64,000 nt of DNA from a virus. Location of the stretch: positions 1-64,000 of the IMG/VR virus record IMGVR_UViG_3300024999_000049; one strand, written 5' to 3'. A program made the position numbers and the translations under genes. Shown one piece after another: positions 9,982-19,607 of this stretch. The notes beneath the pieces are model-generated. The model had not been told where the DNA came from. It did no database searches and saw nothing but the letters and a program-made list of their open reading frames with translations. Within the stretch, counting starts at the first letter, position 1. Each line of letters begins with the position of its first letter.

Positions 9982-10365
9982 CTAAACATTTAGACATTTA
10001 GACATTGGTTTTAATACTTCATGTATGAATTCTCCATCTATACCTTCTTCACATAAAATCCTATCAAATTTCTTGCCTCTTATAGAATTATTACATGATA
10101 GAATTACTAAGTCTTTTATTTTTAATTGTGTTGCCAATCTTTTTATATAATTTATTGATGATTGACTTTTTGCCGCAATTGGACATTTAAACTTATTGGC
10201 TAATTTAATAAGAGTGTAGGTTTTACCCATAGCTCTTTCCCAATAATGTATTCTTCTAAAATGACTTTCATTATTTTTTATATAATGTTTTAACTCAAAA
10301 TATAATGATTTTTGTCCAAACTTAAAAGCTAAAATTTCGCATAATTTACTTATTTTTAAATTCAT
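9982..10365 (-). CDS. hypothetical protein with P-loop-like GKT; C-terminus altered by an 8-bp duplication
   Basis: RAMGKT...ILCEEG; tandem AATGTCTA repeat near the 3' end. Confidence 0.6.
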   Translation of the reverse strand: MNLKISKLCEILAFKFGQKSLYFELKHYIKNNESHFRRIHYWERAMGKTYTLIKLANKFKCPIAAKSQSSINYIKRLATQLKIKDLVILSCNNSIRGKKFDRILCEEGIDGEFIHEVLKPMSKCLNV

Positions 10366-10375
10366 ATTTTTCTCC

Positions 10376-10561
10376 CTAATTTACCCATTCAATATTAGTC
10401 CATTCTGATAATGGGATGACAACATCAATATAAAATTCAAATCGCTGCTTTATTTTTACCTTTTCCAACCATCTAATTTCGCCGTTTATTGTTTTGGGTA
10501 ATATAAGAAATCTTTTTATAATCCTAATGTCTCCTGGTTTATATTTGCATTTTATTTTCAT
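10376..10561 (-). CDS. hypothetical protein
   Basis: ORF with AAAGGAG RBS after the 10577 site. Confidence 0.6.
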   Translation of the reverse strand: MKIKCKYKPGDIRIIKRFLILPKTINGEIRWLEKVKIKQRFEFYIDVVIPLSEWTNIEWVN

Positions 10562-10711
10562 AAAATCTCCTTTAAAATAAAATTCAGGATTTATTTAAAA
10601 TCAAACCTGTTATTTATCAAATATTCAATAATTTGTCTTTTTGAAATCATCTTTTCATAACATTCAAGTATTTTTTCATAAGATGCACATCGATGTTTCA
10701 GCTCATCATTT

Positions 10712-10900
10712 TCACATTTTAATTTTGCTAACTCTTGATAATCGTCCATTAATTTTTCCTTTCTTATAAAACTCAGATTCTAAATCTTCTTTTAGCCAAC
10801 GGCAAAATTCATTTACCGTCATTTCATAAAATCCAGCCTTAATAATTGTGTCACAAAATTCTCCATTATCCATTATTTTAAGCCAGTCAAAATTATTCAT
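10712..10900 (-). CDS. hypothetical protein
   Basis: ORF with GAAAGGA RBS after the 10919 site. Confidence 0.6.
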   Translation of the reverse strand: MNNFDWLKIMDNGEFCDTIIKAGFYEMTVNEFCRWLKEDLESEFYKKGKINGRLSRVSKIKM

Positions 10901-10932
10901 TATTCAATTCCTTTCTGAATAGATCAAGCATT

Positions 10933-11580
10933 TTATTGTGTTTGCAATTTTCTATGATAGTCAATCCAATCTTGACTTTCTAATTTTTCTTTAACAGCTA
11001 TATCAAAATATTCTTTTCTCATATCAATAATAGAGAATTTTTCCATGCCTCTCTTTTTGAAGTTCTTATTAACTTTTTGAATTATAGTGCTATTATTCAT
11101 AGGATAAAGTTTAGTCAGTCTTTCCTTTTCAGCTTTTGCTTCTTCCTCTAATCTAATTCTTTCGGCTTCAGCTTGTTTTGCCCTTTCTTCTTCCTCATCA
11201 ATAACTACCCTTAAATCAATTTTTAACTTATTCCATTTATTTTCCGTATGGGCAGGAATAATCTTTTCAGGTATTATGATTTCAGTAATTTCAAAAAATT
11301 CATAAGGATCATATTCATAATTATAATCAGAAAAATATGAACCACTTCTTTGAACTGAACGTGCTACACCAAAATTAAACGATTGTATTTCTTTGTACTT
11401 CTCGTTCATTTCAATTAATTGACCCTCTTCATATTTGTACTGATACTTTCCTTCATCATCCCACTTATCATCACCAACACCCTTGAATCCATAAATCTTA
11501 CCATCATATGTACATTCAAAATCATCAAGATCTGACTTGCCTAATTTTTTGACTATTAATGAAAACAATTTGATATCCAT
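10933..11580 (-). CDS. hypothetical protein
   Basis: 215 aa ORF bounded by the 10919 and 11599 sites. Confidence 0.75.
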   Translation of the reverse strand: MDIKLFSLIVKKLGKSDLDDFECTYDGKIYGFKGVGDDKWDDEGKYQYKYEEGQLIEMNEKYKEIQSFNFGVARSVQRSGSYFSDYNYEYDPYEFFEITEIIIPEKIIPAHTENKWNKLKIDLRVVIDEEEERAKQAEAERIRLEEEAKAEKERLTKLYPMNNSTIIQKVNKNFKKRGMEKFSIIDMRKEYFDIAVKEKLESQDWIDYHRKLQTQ

Positions 11581-11612
11581 ATTTTTTCTCCCTTACTTAT
11601 AAAATCTGTATT

Positions 11613-11900
11613 TTATTTATTTAATCGCCTTGGTAATTTCAAATCATAATCTGTAAACAGATATTTTTTAATATTTGTAATCCTAGTTACAGCGACAAAA
11701 TCACAAACAGTTTCAGAAATAGACAGCAATTCATCTTCTGATATCGGATATTTAGATATTAAGTCATTAAACTTTCTTCCTGTTTCTAGATTCCATTGTT
11801 TCCTAGCATCAATATCGTTTGAGATTTTTATAGCAATTTCTAATTGCTTCAATAGCAGTTGTATTTGTAGATCTAAAAACTCTTTAATTTTTTTAAACAT
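11613..11900 (-). CDS. hypothetical protein, paralog of 5275..5562
   Basis: High protein and DNA similarity over the whole length. Confidence 0.85.
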   Translation of the reverse strand: MFKKIKEFLDLQIQLLLKQLEIAIKISNDIDARKQWNLETGRKFNDLISKYPISEDELLSISETVCDFVAVTRITNIKKYLFTDYDLKLPRRLNK

Positions 11901-11933
11901 ATTACCTCCATAAAATCATCATTTTATAAATTA

Positions 11934-12045
11934 TGCGGAAGGTGGGATTCAAACCCACGAAGCATAATGCATGAGATTTGCAAATGGTTCACAGTGTATA
12001 CATGCTCCATTTATCCCATTCCTTTAATCACTCGGAAACTTCCGC
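11934..12045 (-). ncRNA. tRNA-like RNA with a 30-nt hairpin insertion in the anticodon loop
   Basis: Acceptor GCGGAAG/CTTCCGC-A, D arm TCC..GGA, anticodon stem TGGGA/TCTCA, long variable arm, T arm GTGGG-TTTGAAT-CCCAC. Confidence 0.7.
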
Positions 12046-12057
12046 AAATTAATAAAA

Positions 12058-12345
12058 TTAAACAATAAACTGACTAAGCTTTTCTTTAAGAACTATATTG
12101 GCTTTAATTGAAGACTCTGCTTCATTTCTTATGCTATGAGTATCAGAAAGCTGAGATTCTAGATTTTTAATTTTTGCTTCACTCTCAGCTTTTGAGTCAC
12201 CTAAGAGAGAATTTGCTTTATCAATTTCATCAACTGCAACCTTAAACATGTTAATTGCATTATTTACAATACCGGTTGCTTTCTCAATCATCATTGAGGG
12301 TGTTAAGATTATTTCCCCATTTTTTCTCTTTAAGAAATTAAACAT
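12058..12345 (-). CDS. coiled-coil hypothetical protein
   Basis: ATG at 12345 with AAGGAG RBS; heptad-rich. Confidence 0.7.
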   Translation of the reverse strand: MFNFLKRKNGEIILTPSMMIEKATGIVNNAINMFKVAVDEIDKANSLLGDSKAESEAKIKNLESQLSDTHSIRNEAESSIKANIVLKEKLSQFIV

Positions 12346-12400
12346 ATATTTGGCTCCTTCTAGTGGTAGGTCACTACCCATTAAATTTTTAATAATAAAT

Positions 12401-12547
12401 ACTTGTAGGTAGAGATTTGCACTCTACATGGTGGGCTATTTTTATTAACCGGATGTCCCATGCTTGATGTAGCTCATATGCATTACTGCTCACTACAAAC
12501 ACCTTGAAAACGGCTTACTATCGTCTACCTATTCCGACACTACAAGT
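12401..12547 (-). ncRNA. tRNA-like RNA with about 90 nt replacing the anticodon and variable arms
   Basis: Acceptor ACTTGTAG/CTACAAGT, Leu-type D arm TG-TCG-GAATAGGTAGA-CGA, T arm GTAGAG-TGCAAAT-CTCTAC. Confidence 0.65.
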
Positions 12548-12566
12548 AAATAAAATTTAATTTTTA

Positions 12567-12749
12567 TTATCTTATTCTTTTTTGATAATCCAGACATCTT
12601 TCACAATAAAATAAATCTTCGGTTTGGTTTGTATAACAAATGTGAGTTGTATGTATTAATATATACTTATGGTCACAAGATTTCGATACGCCCGAACCAC
12701 CTTTAGGTGGTTTTATTTCACTAAATCCATCAACAGCTAAATCATACAT
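12567..12749 (-). CDS. small Cys/His hypothetical protein
   Basis: CDH...CERC; bounded by the 12550 and 12762 sites. Confidence 0.6.
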   Translation of the reverse strand: MYDLAVDGFSEIKPPKGGSGVSKSCDHKYILIHTTHICYTNQTEDLFYCERCLDYQKRIR

Positions 12750-12810
12750 ATTTAAATCCTCATAAAATAATCGTTTTATTCAGAAATAAGGAAAGGCGGT
12801 TAAACCTTCC

Positions 12811-13305
12811 TTACTTTCCACTAGATCCAAGCATTCCTGATCCACGTTCAGATGTAATTAGTAATATATCCTCATAAGATGATTCTACTATTTTTACAAC
12901 AGGAACTATTTCAAGAGCTGCTTGAGTTATTGCTTTTGTATATGGATAAAAAATAACTGTATCTGAAGCATATTTATTTTTTATTTCTTCATCCTTATAG
13001 ATTACAATAGGCTTGTTAGTTGTATTATTTATAGGTACAAACCATTCTCCCCTATATCCAGAATCAATCTGACCTGCATTTACTTTTAGTCCCTTAGTCC
13101 CTGTACTGCCACGTTCTCTTAGAGATACACGATATTGTTTGTCAAAAGCACTTGCGATACCGGTAGGAATAAGTTTAATCTCTCCTGGAACTAAATATAT
13201 ATAATCTTCATCAAAACAAGCATATATATCATAACAACCATCTTCTTCACGTTTTGAGGGAATAACAGCGTTTGATTTCATCTTTGCAAAAATAAGTCTA
13301 TCCAT
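12811..13305 (-). CDS. dut: trimeric dUTPase
   Basis: CYDI, IPTGI, RGSTGTKG, GQIDSGYRGE, RGSGMLGSSG. Confidence 0.93.
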   Translation of the reverse strand: MDRLIFAKMKSNAVIPSKREEDGCYDIYACFDEDYIYLVPGEIKLIPTGIASAFDKQYRVSLRERGSTGTKGLKVNAGQIDSGYRGEWFVPINNTTNKPIVIYKDEEIKNKYASDTVIFYPYTKAITQAALEIVPVVKIVESSYEDILLITSERGSGMLGSSGK

Positions 13306-13329
13306 TATTTATACTCCTTAATATTTGAA

Positions 13330-14858
13330 TTAGTCGCATTTACTAAATCCACAATCAGGACACACTGAACATCCACCGGATCTTTGCATTCTTTCATGTT
13401 TACATTCAGTATGTTTTATTTCGTCAATTTCCTTTTTTGTAGCTATCTGATATTCAATCGGTTCATATTCGACTTCTTCTAATTCTTTAAGAATATTTTT
13501 TAAAACATTGGCTATTGCTGAAGCACAAGATTTACCGACACTTACTGGTTTGCCAATTAATTCACTAATTTCTTGTTGTAATTCTTTAGATATGTGTTTA
13601 CTTACTAAACTCTTAACCTTTAACATGCCAACTTGTTTGCCACGTAGAGCTTGATAGCTTGCACATGTACCCGATTTTTCGAGCTGAGTAATTAAATACT
13701 CAATTGGTATTCCACCTCGCATACCTGCTGACAAGAGCCTACTATTAGCCTGTGTGTTAACCATACAGCCACCAACGCCATCAGTATTGGTGAAGCAATC
13801 ATAAATTTTACCTTCAGATTCATCTACACCTACGAAGAAATATAGATTACCACAGCCAGACCTAAGTTTATATTTACGATATGTTAATCCTTCAGGAACA
13901 TCTTCAATAAATCCTCTTGGTATTTCAGATATAACTTCTTCTTTTATTTCTTTAGTATTGGTAAGAATACCATTTCTAGCACAATTATCTCTATATATTG
14001 TTACTCCCTTTAAACCCATTTCCCATGCTAATATATATAAACTTTCAACTTCATCAACTGTAAAATTATTTGGGACATTTACCGTAGAACTAATCGAAGC
14101 ATCTATATGTTTTTGCCAGATGGATTGCATTTCAATACGTTCTTTATAATTTAAAGTCATTGCAGTATTGAAATAATCTGGCAAATCACTTTCATTAACT
14201 ATATTTTTAATTTTCATATATTGTTCAACGATTGGAGTATAAACTTTATATGATTGATCTTTACCATGCAATGATTCAGTCTTGCGAGTATATGATATGT
14301 TATACATTGGCTCAAGGGCCGTACTTACGCCAAGCATAGTTCCTATTGAACCAGTTGGTGGTATGGTAAGAAGTTGGCTATTCGCAAGTCCAAATTGCAT
14401 TACAAGAGATTTTGTTATTGCATTTGTATTTTGTAGAAAAAATTTACTATTAAATATAGCATCTTGATTATATTTTGGATATCTGCCATATTTTTTAGTT
14501 AACTCCGCTGAATAAGCTATGGCAGTATTTATCATATTAAATCCAATATCATCTGCCAAATCTAATGAATGTTTACTTCCATATCTAATACCTAATTTTA
14601 TAAGAGCATCATGCCAACCAAAAGTACCTAATCCAATTTGCCTCCAATCATTGACACTATCTCTTTGTTCTTTGAGAGGATGTAATGTCAAACCTTCATG
14701 TAAGACTTCATTTAGTGCAATAACACCTTGTCTTACAGCTTCGTTAAAATCAGCATAATCGAATGTTGCTTTATCTGTAAATGGACTAACAATAAATTCA
14801 GATAAATTTATACTGCCTAATAAACAACTACCTCCTGCTGGAAGAGGTTCTTCTGCAC
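13330..14858 (-). CDS. nrdJ: class II (adenosylcobalamin) ribonucleotide reductase, exon 2
   Basis: (C)AEEPL, SCLLGSINL, RQIGLG, TIPPTGS, DASISSTVN, KGVTIYRD, TSCPD-like region and C-terminal Zn ribbon. Confidence 0.92.
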
Positions 14859-15028
14859 CTTGCCTCAATTAGTATCAAACACAATTCTAATCGTGGTCTG
14901 GACTATCGCATACATATTTCTATGTCCTTCTCACTTAGTCTCTCACGCTGGCATTACCCTTGCGCCCTGTCGATGTATGTTCATCTTCCAAGTCAATCAG
15001 AGAAGGTTTTAAATCCGCATACAAGTTT
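14859..15028 (-). ncRNA. group I intron (170 nt, no ORF)
   Basis: Removal restores GVNP-C-AEEP (CCG T|GT GCA). The 5' exon ends in U paired U-G in P1 (AATCCGT/GCGGATT); P3 CCTTCTC/GAGAAGG; P7 GACTA/TAGTC; P8 ACATA-GAAA-TATGT; terminal G. Confidence 0.9.
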
Positions 15029-15812
15029 ACGGATTAACTCCTGCATATTTAAAATCTTTATCTTCGCTAAGTAAATTCCAGCTTGTTATATGATCCCAAT
15101 TAAGTATTCCTGGCTCCGCATAATTCCAATTCATTTCAGCTAATTTTCTAAATAAAGCTTTTGCATTAACAATCTTTTTAATTGATTCTCCAGTTTCTTT
15201 TCTGGTGAATATTAATTCCCAATCATTATTGTTAATTACAGCATTCATAAAATTATCATTAATACGAATTGAAATATTGGCCTTTGTAACCTTATCTAAA
15301 TCTGATTTAATCTCAATAAACTCTTCTAAATCAGGGTGAGTACAATCAATTGAAATCATTAAAGCTCCCCTGCGTCCTGCCTGACCGATCAACTCAGTGG
15401 TGAGACTATAGAGATCCATAAATGATACTGAGCCAGAAGTTTCCTTGGCAGCATTATTTATCTTAGCATTACGTGGAGCGAGATTGGAAATATCAATTCC
15501 ACAACCTCCACCATATGAATATGTCCGTGCTAATTTTTTAGCACAATCAAAAATACTTTCAATATTGTCTTCTGGAGGCTCAATTACATAGCAATTACTA
15601 AAAGTAATTTTTCTACCTAGATTCTGTAATCCCCTACTTGCAAGTATTCTTCCTCCGAAGAGAAATTTCTTATCTATGATCAATTGCTTAATAGCTTCGT
15701 TTCCACCAGACACTCTATCAAACCATTCGTCAAGAGTTTCATTATCAAAACGGTATTTTTTATTTAATATATCTTGCGACAACTGAAGTGGCAACCATTC
15801 CTGTAACTCCAT
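15029..15812 (-). CDS. nrdJ: class II ribonucleotide reductase, exon 1
   Basis: FLFGGRILA, SNCYV, GGGCGIDIS, GRRGALM, HPD, ANISI, AEPG, ends GVNP. Confidence 0.92.
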
Positions 15813-15854
15813 TATGCCTCCCTAAACTGATAAAATAGATTTTTTTTAAATTCA

Positions 15855-16091
15855 TTACCTGTCCGACCTAATAATCTGTATGCCCTGAAAGACTTTGATA
15901 TCAACAATGGGTTTGCCATTCAATATCTTCTCTATAGTCTTCATGCTTGTGGTGTACCGATTTCCTTTTTCTCTTACTGATGTTTCCACCAACTTATCTT
16001 TCGTATACTTAATTCCATAAAGCTTACATTTAAATTCCGTAGCCCTGTCAGCCATGATATCTTCGACTGTAAATGCGATTGCTCCGTACAT
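15855..16091 (-). CDS. hypothetical protein
   Basis: ORF with GGGAGG RBS downstream of the 16162 promoter. Confidence 0.65.
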   Translation of the reverse strand: MYGAIAFTVEDIMADRATEFKCKLYGIKYTKDKLVETSVREKGNRYTTSMKTIEKILNGKPIVDIKVFQGIQIIRSDR

Positions 16092-16161
16092 AGTACCTCC
16101 CTTTTTAATTTTATATTTGTTGGATTATCTGAAGGGCGGATTGCTCCACCCTTACATATAT

Positions 16162-16190
16162 ATTATACTACTTAATATTGTATTTGTCAA
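16162..16190 (-). promoter_or_regulatory. sigma-A type promoter with conserved extension
   Basis: TTGACA-17-TATAAT-ATATATGTAAGG. Confidence 0.8.
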
Positions 16191-17644
16191 GCTACTGATG
16201 ATAATTTATTTTTAGTAGCCCACTTATAGATAAATTTTCTTTCTTCGTCTTCAGCATACCTATTTGCAAATCCTTTTATTTGTATTATTTTTTCATTTCT
16301 TATCTCTACAGTTAACAATGATTCATCTGGCTTATCTATAGTTCTTACAAATATAATCTTACATTTTTCTTTAGTTACATCATTGACATATGAAGCAACA
16401 CAATGACTTAAATTTTTACCTTCAGCCACTAAATCTCCAGGTTCTTTGGGTATTACTATAATATATTTATCGTCTTTAAAAAGTAAATCTTGATATGTTT
16501 TTTGATTGACAATATTTTGGAAAGCCTGTTTTGCATATTTATCTTCATTTATCCTATAATTCATAGTAGCTATATCGTGGTCTTTTTTTAATGATTTACT
16601 ATATTTTTCAGAATCCAGTTGCATCATTTTTAGCATTCTATGATAATCTCTCAATAAAGTAAGAGCGTCACTAGGACTTACAATACCTTGCTGTAATTTC
16701 ACTTCTCTGCAAATATATTCAGCGAGTCTCTTAGGTTCATAATTGTAATTATCTACAACATCTAAAAATTGAGTACAATATGAATTTAAAAAAGTTGTAA
16801 TAGCTGTATTACCATGTTCATCAATAAAACGATCTAAGATATTCTTTACATTATCTGCTCCAAATTTTTCATCTATTTTTCTTATGTTTAGTAAACCAGA
16901 AGACTCTAGTGATAAATTTTTAATGTAATTCAGCATATATTTTGGCACATTAATAATTTCATTGGGCTTAGTTGCTTCTTTATTAATATATTTTGCTAAA
17001 GATTCTTCTCTTCTGCTGGTATATCCATCTATTGAATTAATTATCCTCGAAAATGAGTAAAGAAAATTATATGTAAATCCTGCATTTGCAAGAATTTGAT
17101 AATACGGCATACGATACAATTTTGCCAACCCAAAAGACAATTTACTCGGCCTACTCCATGACATACCATGTCCATATGTTTGTTTTGCCATTTTAAATAG
17201 ATCCACTGTTTTATCTGTTGAGACAACCCTTAAAAAATTGTTTTCATCAATTTCTCTGAAGAATTGAGGAATATTATTAATTGTGATAGGTTTGCTATCC
17301 CCACGAATAGGCTTTATTTCAAATTTATTATTCCTAAAATCGTAATACATAGTGCTGCCAGCTTCGTTAGTTTTAGTTAATGTGTTATTTCTTTTATCAT
17401 ATTTAGCATTGATTTTACATTTTTGTACTATAAAACCCCAATCGCCTTTATCGATTAATTTAAGATAATAATTACTTGTTACTGCTCCGCCAGAATAAGC
17501 TTCGCTTATAAATTTAAAAGTATTAGTACCACAGCTATCACAATGAAGGGTTTTCTGATCTGTTACCCACGTGTTTCCACATGTGCATAAATGATTAACA
17601 TTATTTAATTCTCGATTATTAATATATATTCCGAAATTCTCCAT
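16187..17644 (-). CDS. PcfJ-like domain protein
   Basis: LKKDHD, LVAEGKNLSHCVASY, IIFVR, TVEI...QIKGFANR. Confidence 0.85.
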   Translation of the reverse strand: MENFGIYINNRELNNVNHLCTCGNTWVTDQKTLHCDSCGTNTFKFISEAYSGGAVTSNYYLKLIDKGDWGFIVQKCKINAKYDKRNNTLTKTNEAGSTMYYDFRNNKFEIKPIRGDSKPITINNIPQFFREIDENNFLRVVSTDKTVDLFKMAKQTYGHGMSWSRPSKLSFGLAKLYRMPYYQILANAGFTYNFLYSFSRIINSIDGYTSRREESLAKYINKEATKPNEIINVPKYMLNYIKNLSLESSGLLNIRKIDEKFGADNVKNILDRFIDEHGNTAITTFLNSYCTQFLDVVDNYNYEPKRLAEYICREVKLQQGIVSPSDALTLLRDYHRMLKMMQLDSEKYSKSLKKDHDIATMNYRINEDKYAKQAFQNIVNQKTYQDLLFKDDKYIIVIPKEPGDLVAEGKNLSHCVASYVNDVTKEKCKIIFVRTIDKPDESLLTVEIRNEKIIQIKGFANRYAEDEERKFIYKWATKNKLSSVA

Positions 17645-17678
17645 TTAACTTTCCTTTCCGATAAAATATGAATTTGAT

Positions 17679-17969
17679 TCAGTTTTCGCCAAAGGCTTTA
17701 ATATAACTATTGTTTTTAAAAATTAAACTATTCTGAAGTTCTAGTCCTTCATCTGTATATTCTTTTCGATAGCAAACTATCTTTATAGGTCTACTATCTT
17801 GAGAGAGTTGCTTAACCATCTGCATGAACTGATTTCTGGCGAAGACAACCGGTAATGAAGATTTTTCTATAATTGTATCACCAAGAGTAACCTCAATTTC
17901 ACACTGTTCTTGAAGATTCTCAAATGAGTTAAAATCAAAACCTCCAAATCCACCAAAATTAATATTCAT
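17679..17969 (-). CDS. hypothetical protein
   Basis: ORF abutting the recJ-like stop. Confidence 0.7.
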   Translation of the reverse strand: MNINFGGFGGFDFNSFENLQEQCEIEVTLGDTIIEKSSLPVVFARNQFMQMVKQLSQDSRPIKIVCYRKEYTDEGLELQNSLIFKNNSYIKAFGEN

Positions 17970-19604
17970 CTAGTCCTCCAATCCTTTCAGAAAGTCAAGC
18001 TCTTGTTTTACTTTATAGTCCTGAATAATTACCTGTTTTGATTTCTTCCCTGCAAAATTACTCAATTGCAATGTACCTAATACATCTACTGACACGCTAC
18101 AATCTTCTTCTGGCTGAAGTTCTTTTGCTAGATTACTGTCATTCCACTTTATGCACTCAATTCCTTCAACGACAAATTTTGAGTGTTTGTTCTGCATTAA
18201 AACACAGCCATCTGGTTCAAGATTTTCTATTACAACAGCTATTGGCTTGAAGCCATGACCTGAAATTTTATTAACCTCAGTAATCTTTTCAATTAACTTT
18301 GGCGTTATATCTGATGGTTTTAAAATTACATCTGCTTCTTCTTTTACTATGAATTCTGTATCTTTTAAAAGATTATTTAATCTTTTGATTAATTCATCAA
18401 AATCACTAACCTTTATTCTTATACCTGCTGCGTTGACATGCCCAAAACATCTGGCTTTCCCACTCTTGTGTATAATAGCTTTAAAATCATCAACACCATA
18501 ACCTCGCATTGACCCCTTATATTCGTCATCACCATCTTTGGGTTCGTGTAATATTATTGCAGGTCGGTTATATTTGTTACATAGTTTTGAACCTATGAGG
18601 CCAGCGAATTCATTTGAGTCTGTAAATCCATATATAACTTTTGACTTTTTTAAATCTAAACTTCTAATTTGAAATTCAAGATTGTTAGTCGAATTTTCTA
18701 CCGATTCATCTTGTTTTTCTTTAAATTCTTTTAGAATTCTTAAATATTCCGCAAGTCTTACAGGATTACTTTCATTTAAGAAATCAATTACAAGTTTGTT
18801 GTTACTCGTTCTTGCAGCGGCGTTGATAATTGGGGCTATTGAAAATAATACACTTGTACTAGTAAAATCGTATTTTCCTATAATGGTTCTAATAGCTGGA
18901 TTCTCAAGATTTCCTAAAGCCTGTTTCACGATATATCTATTTTCGGGATAGTCTTCACCAATATTGCATACATCTGCCAATATGGAAATGCCAGCCAAAT
19001 CTTGAGTCTCTATACTATATTCCTGCCCTGTAGTAATATCAATTGCCATACACGCTTTCCATGTTACGGCTCCGCCAGAAAGTTCAGGATTAAGGTAGCT
19101 ACCATGCTTACAATTTACTACCGTCACAATGTCTTTTTCTTCGCTTGGATGATGATCATATATTATTACTTCGACACCATTATCCTTGAGATATTGCTGT
19201 TCCTTAAAATTATCACTTGACGAATCGACTATTATCAAGATATCCACTTTTGAGATTACATCATCTAAATTTAGATGATCGATGCCATGCTGTTTACCTT
19301 CGAGAAAAAATATCTCAATATAACTTATATAATTTAGTAAGTATGATCTCATTATTTGACCGGCACATAATCCATCACAATCTGCTGCATCATAAAATAC
19401 CCCAAATCGTTTTTGCTCCTTAATGCCATTTAAAATTATATCTACTGACTTTTTCATGTTTTTTAACTCAAATGGATCGATGAGATCAAACTCCACAGGA
19501 TTAAGAAAATGTTGAATATCTTTAATATTACGAGACTTTAAAATATCTGATAAAATATCATGTGAATATGGCGGATTAGTATTAATTATCCAATTTTTTA
19601 TCAT
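17970..19604 (-). CDS. RecJ-like DHH ssDNA exonuclease
   Basis: DAADCDG, VDSS, DHH, ADV, PIINAAAR, GSMRG, GHVNAAG. Confidence 0.9.
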   Translation of the reverse strand: MIKNWIINTNPPYSHDILSDILKSRNIKDIQHFLNPVEFDLIDPFELKNMKKSVDIILNGIKEQKRFGVFYDAADCDGLCAGQIMRSYLLNYISYIEIFFLEGKQHGIDHLNLDDVISKVDILIIVDSSSDNFKEQQYLKDNGVEVIIYDHHPSEEKDIVTVVNCKHGSYLNPELSGGAVTWKACMAIDITTGQEYSIETQDLAGISILADVCNIGEDYPENRYIVKQALGNLENPAIRTIIGKYDFTSTSVLFSIAPIINAAARTSNNKLVIDFLNESNPVRLAEYLRILKEFKEKQDESVENSTNNLEFQIRSLDLKKSKVIYGFTDSNEFAGLIGSKLCNKYNRPAIILHEPKDGDDEYKGSMRGYGVDDFKAIIHKSGKARCFGHVNAAGIRIKVSDFDELIKRLNNLLKDTEFIVKEEADVILKPSDITPKLIEKITEVNKISGHGFKPIAVVIENLEPDGCVLMQNKHSKFVVEGIECIKWNDSNLAKELQPEEDCSVSVDVLGTLQLSNFAGKKSKQVIIQDYKVKQELDFLKGLED

Positions 19605-19607
19605 CTA

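Noticed and set aside
13330-15812. nrdJ as two separate genes or a pseudogene
   Set aside because: The gap has group I intron structure and precise removal restores the NPCAE active site.
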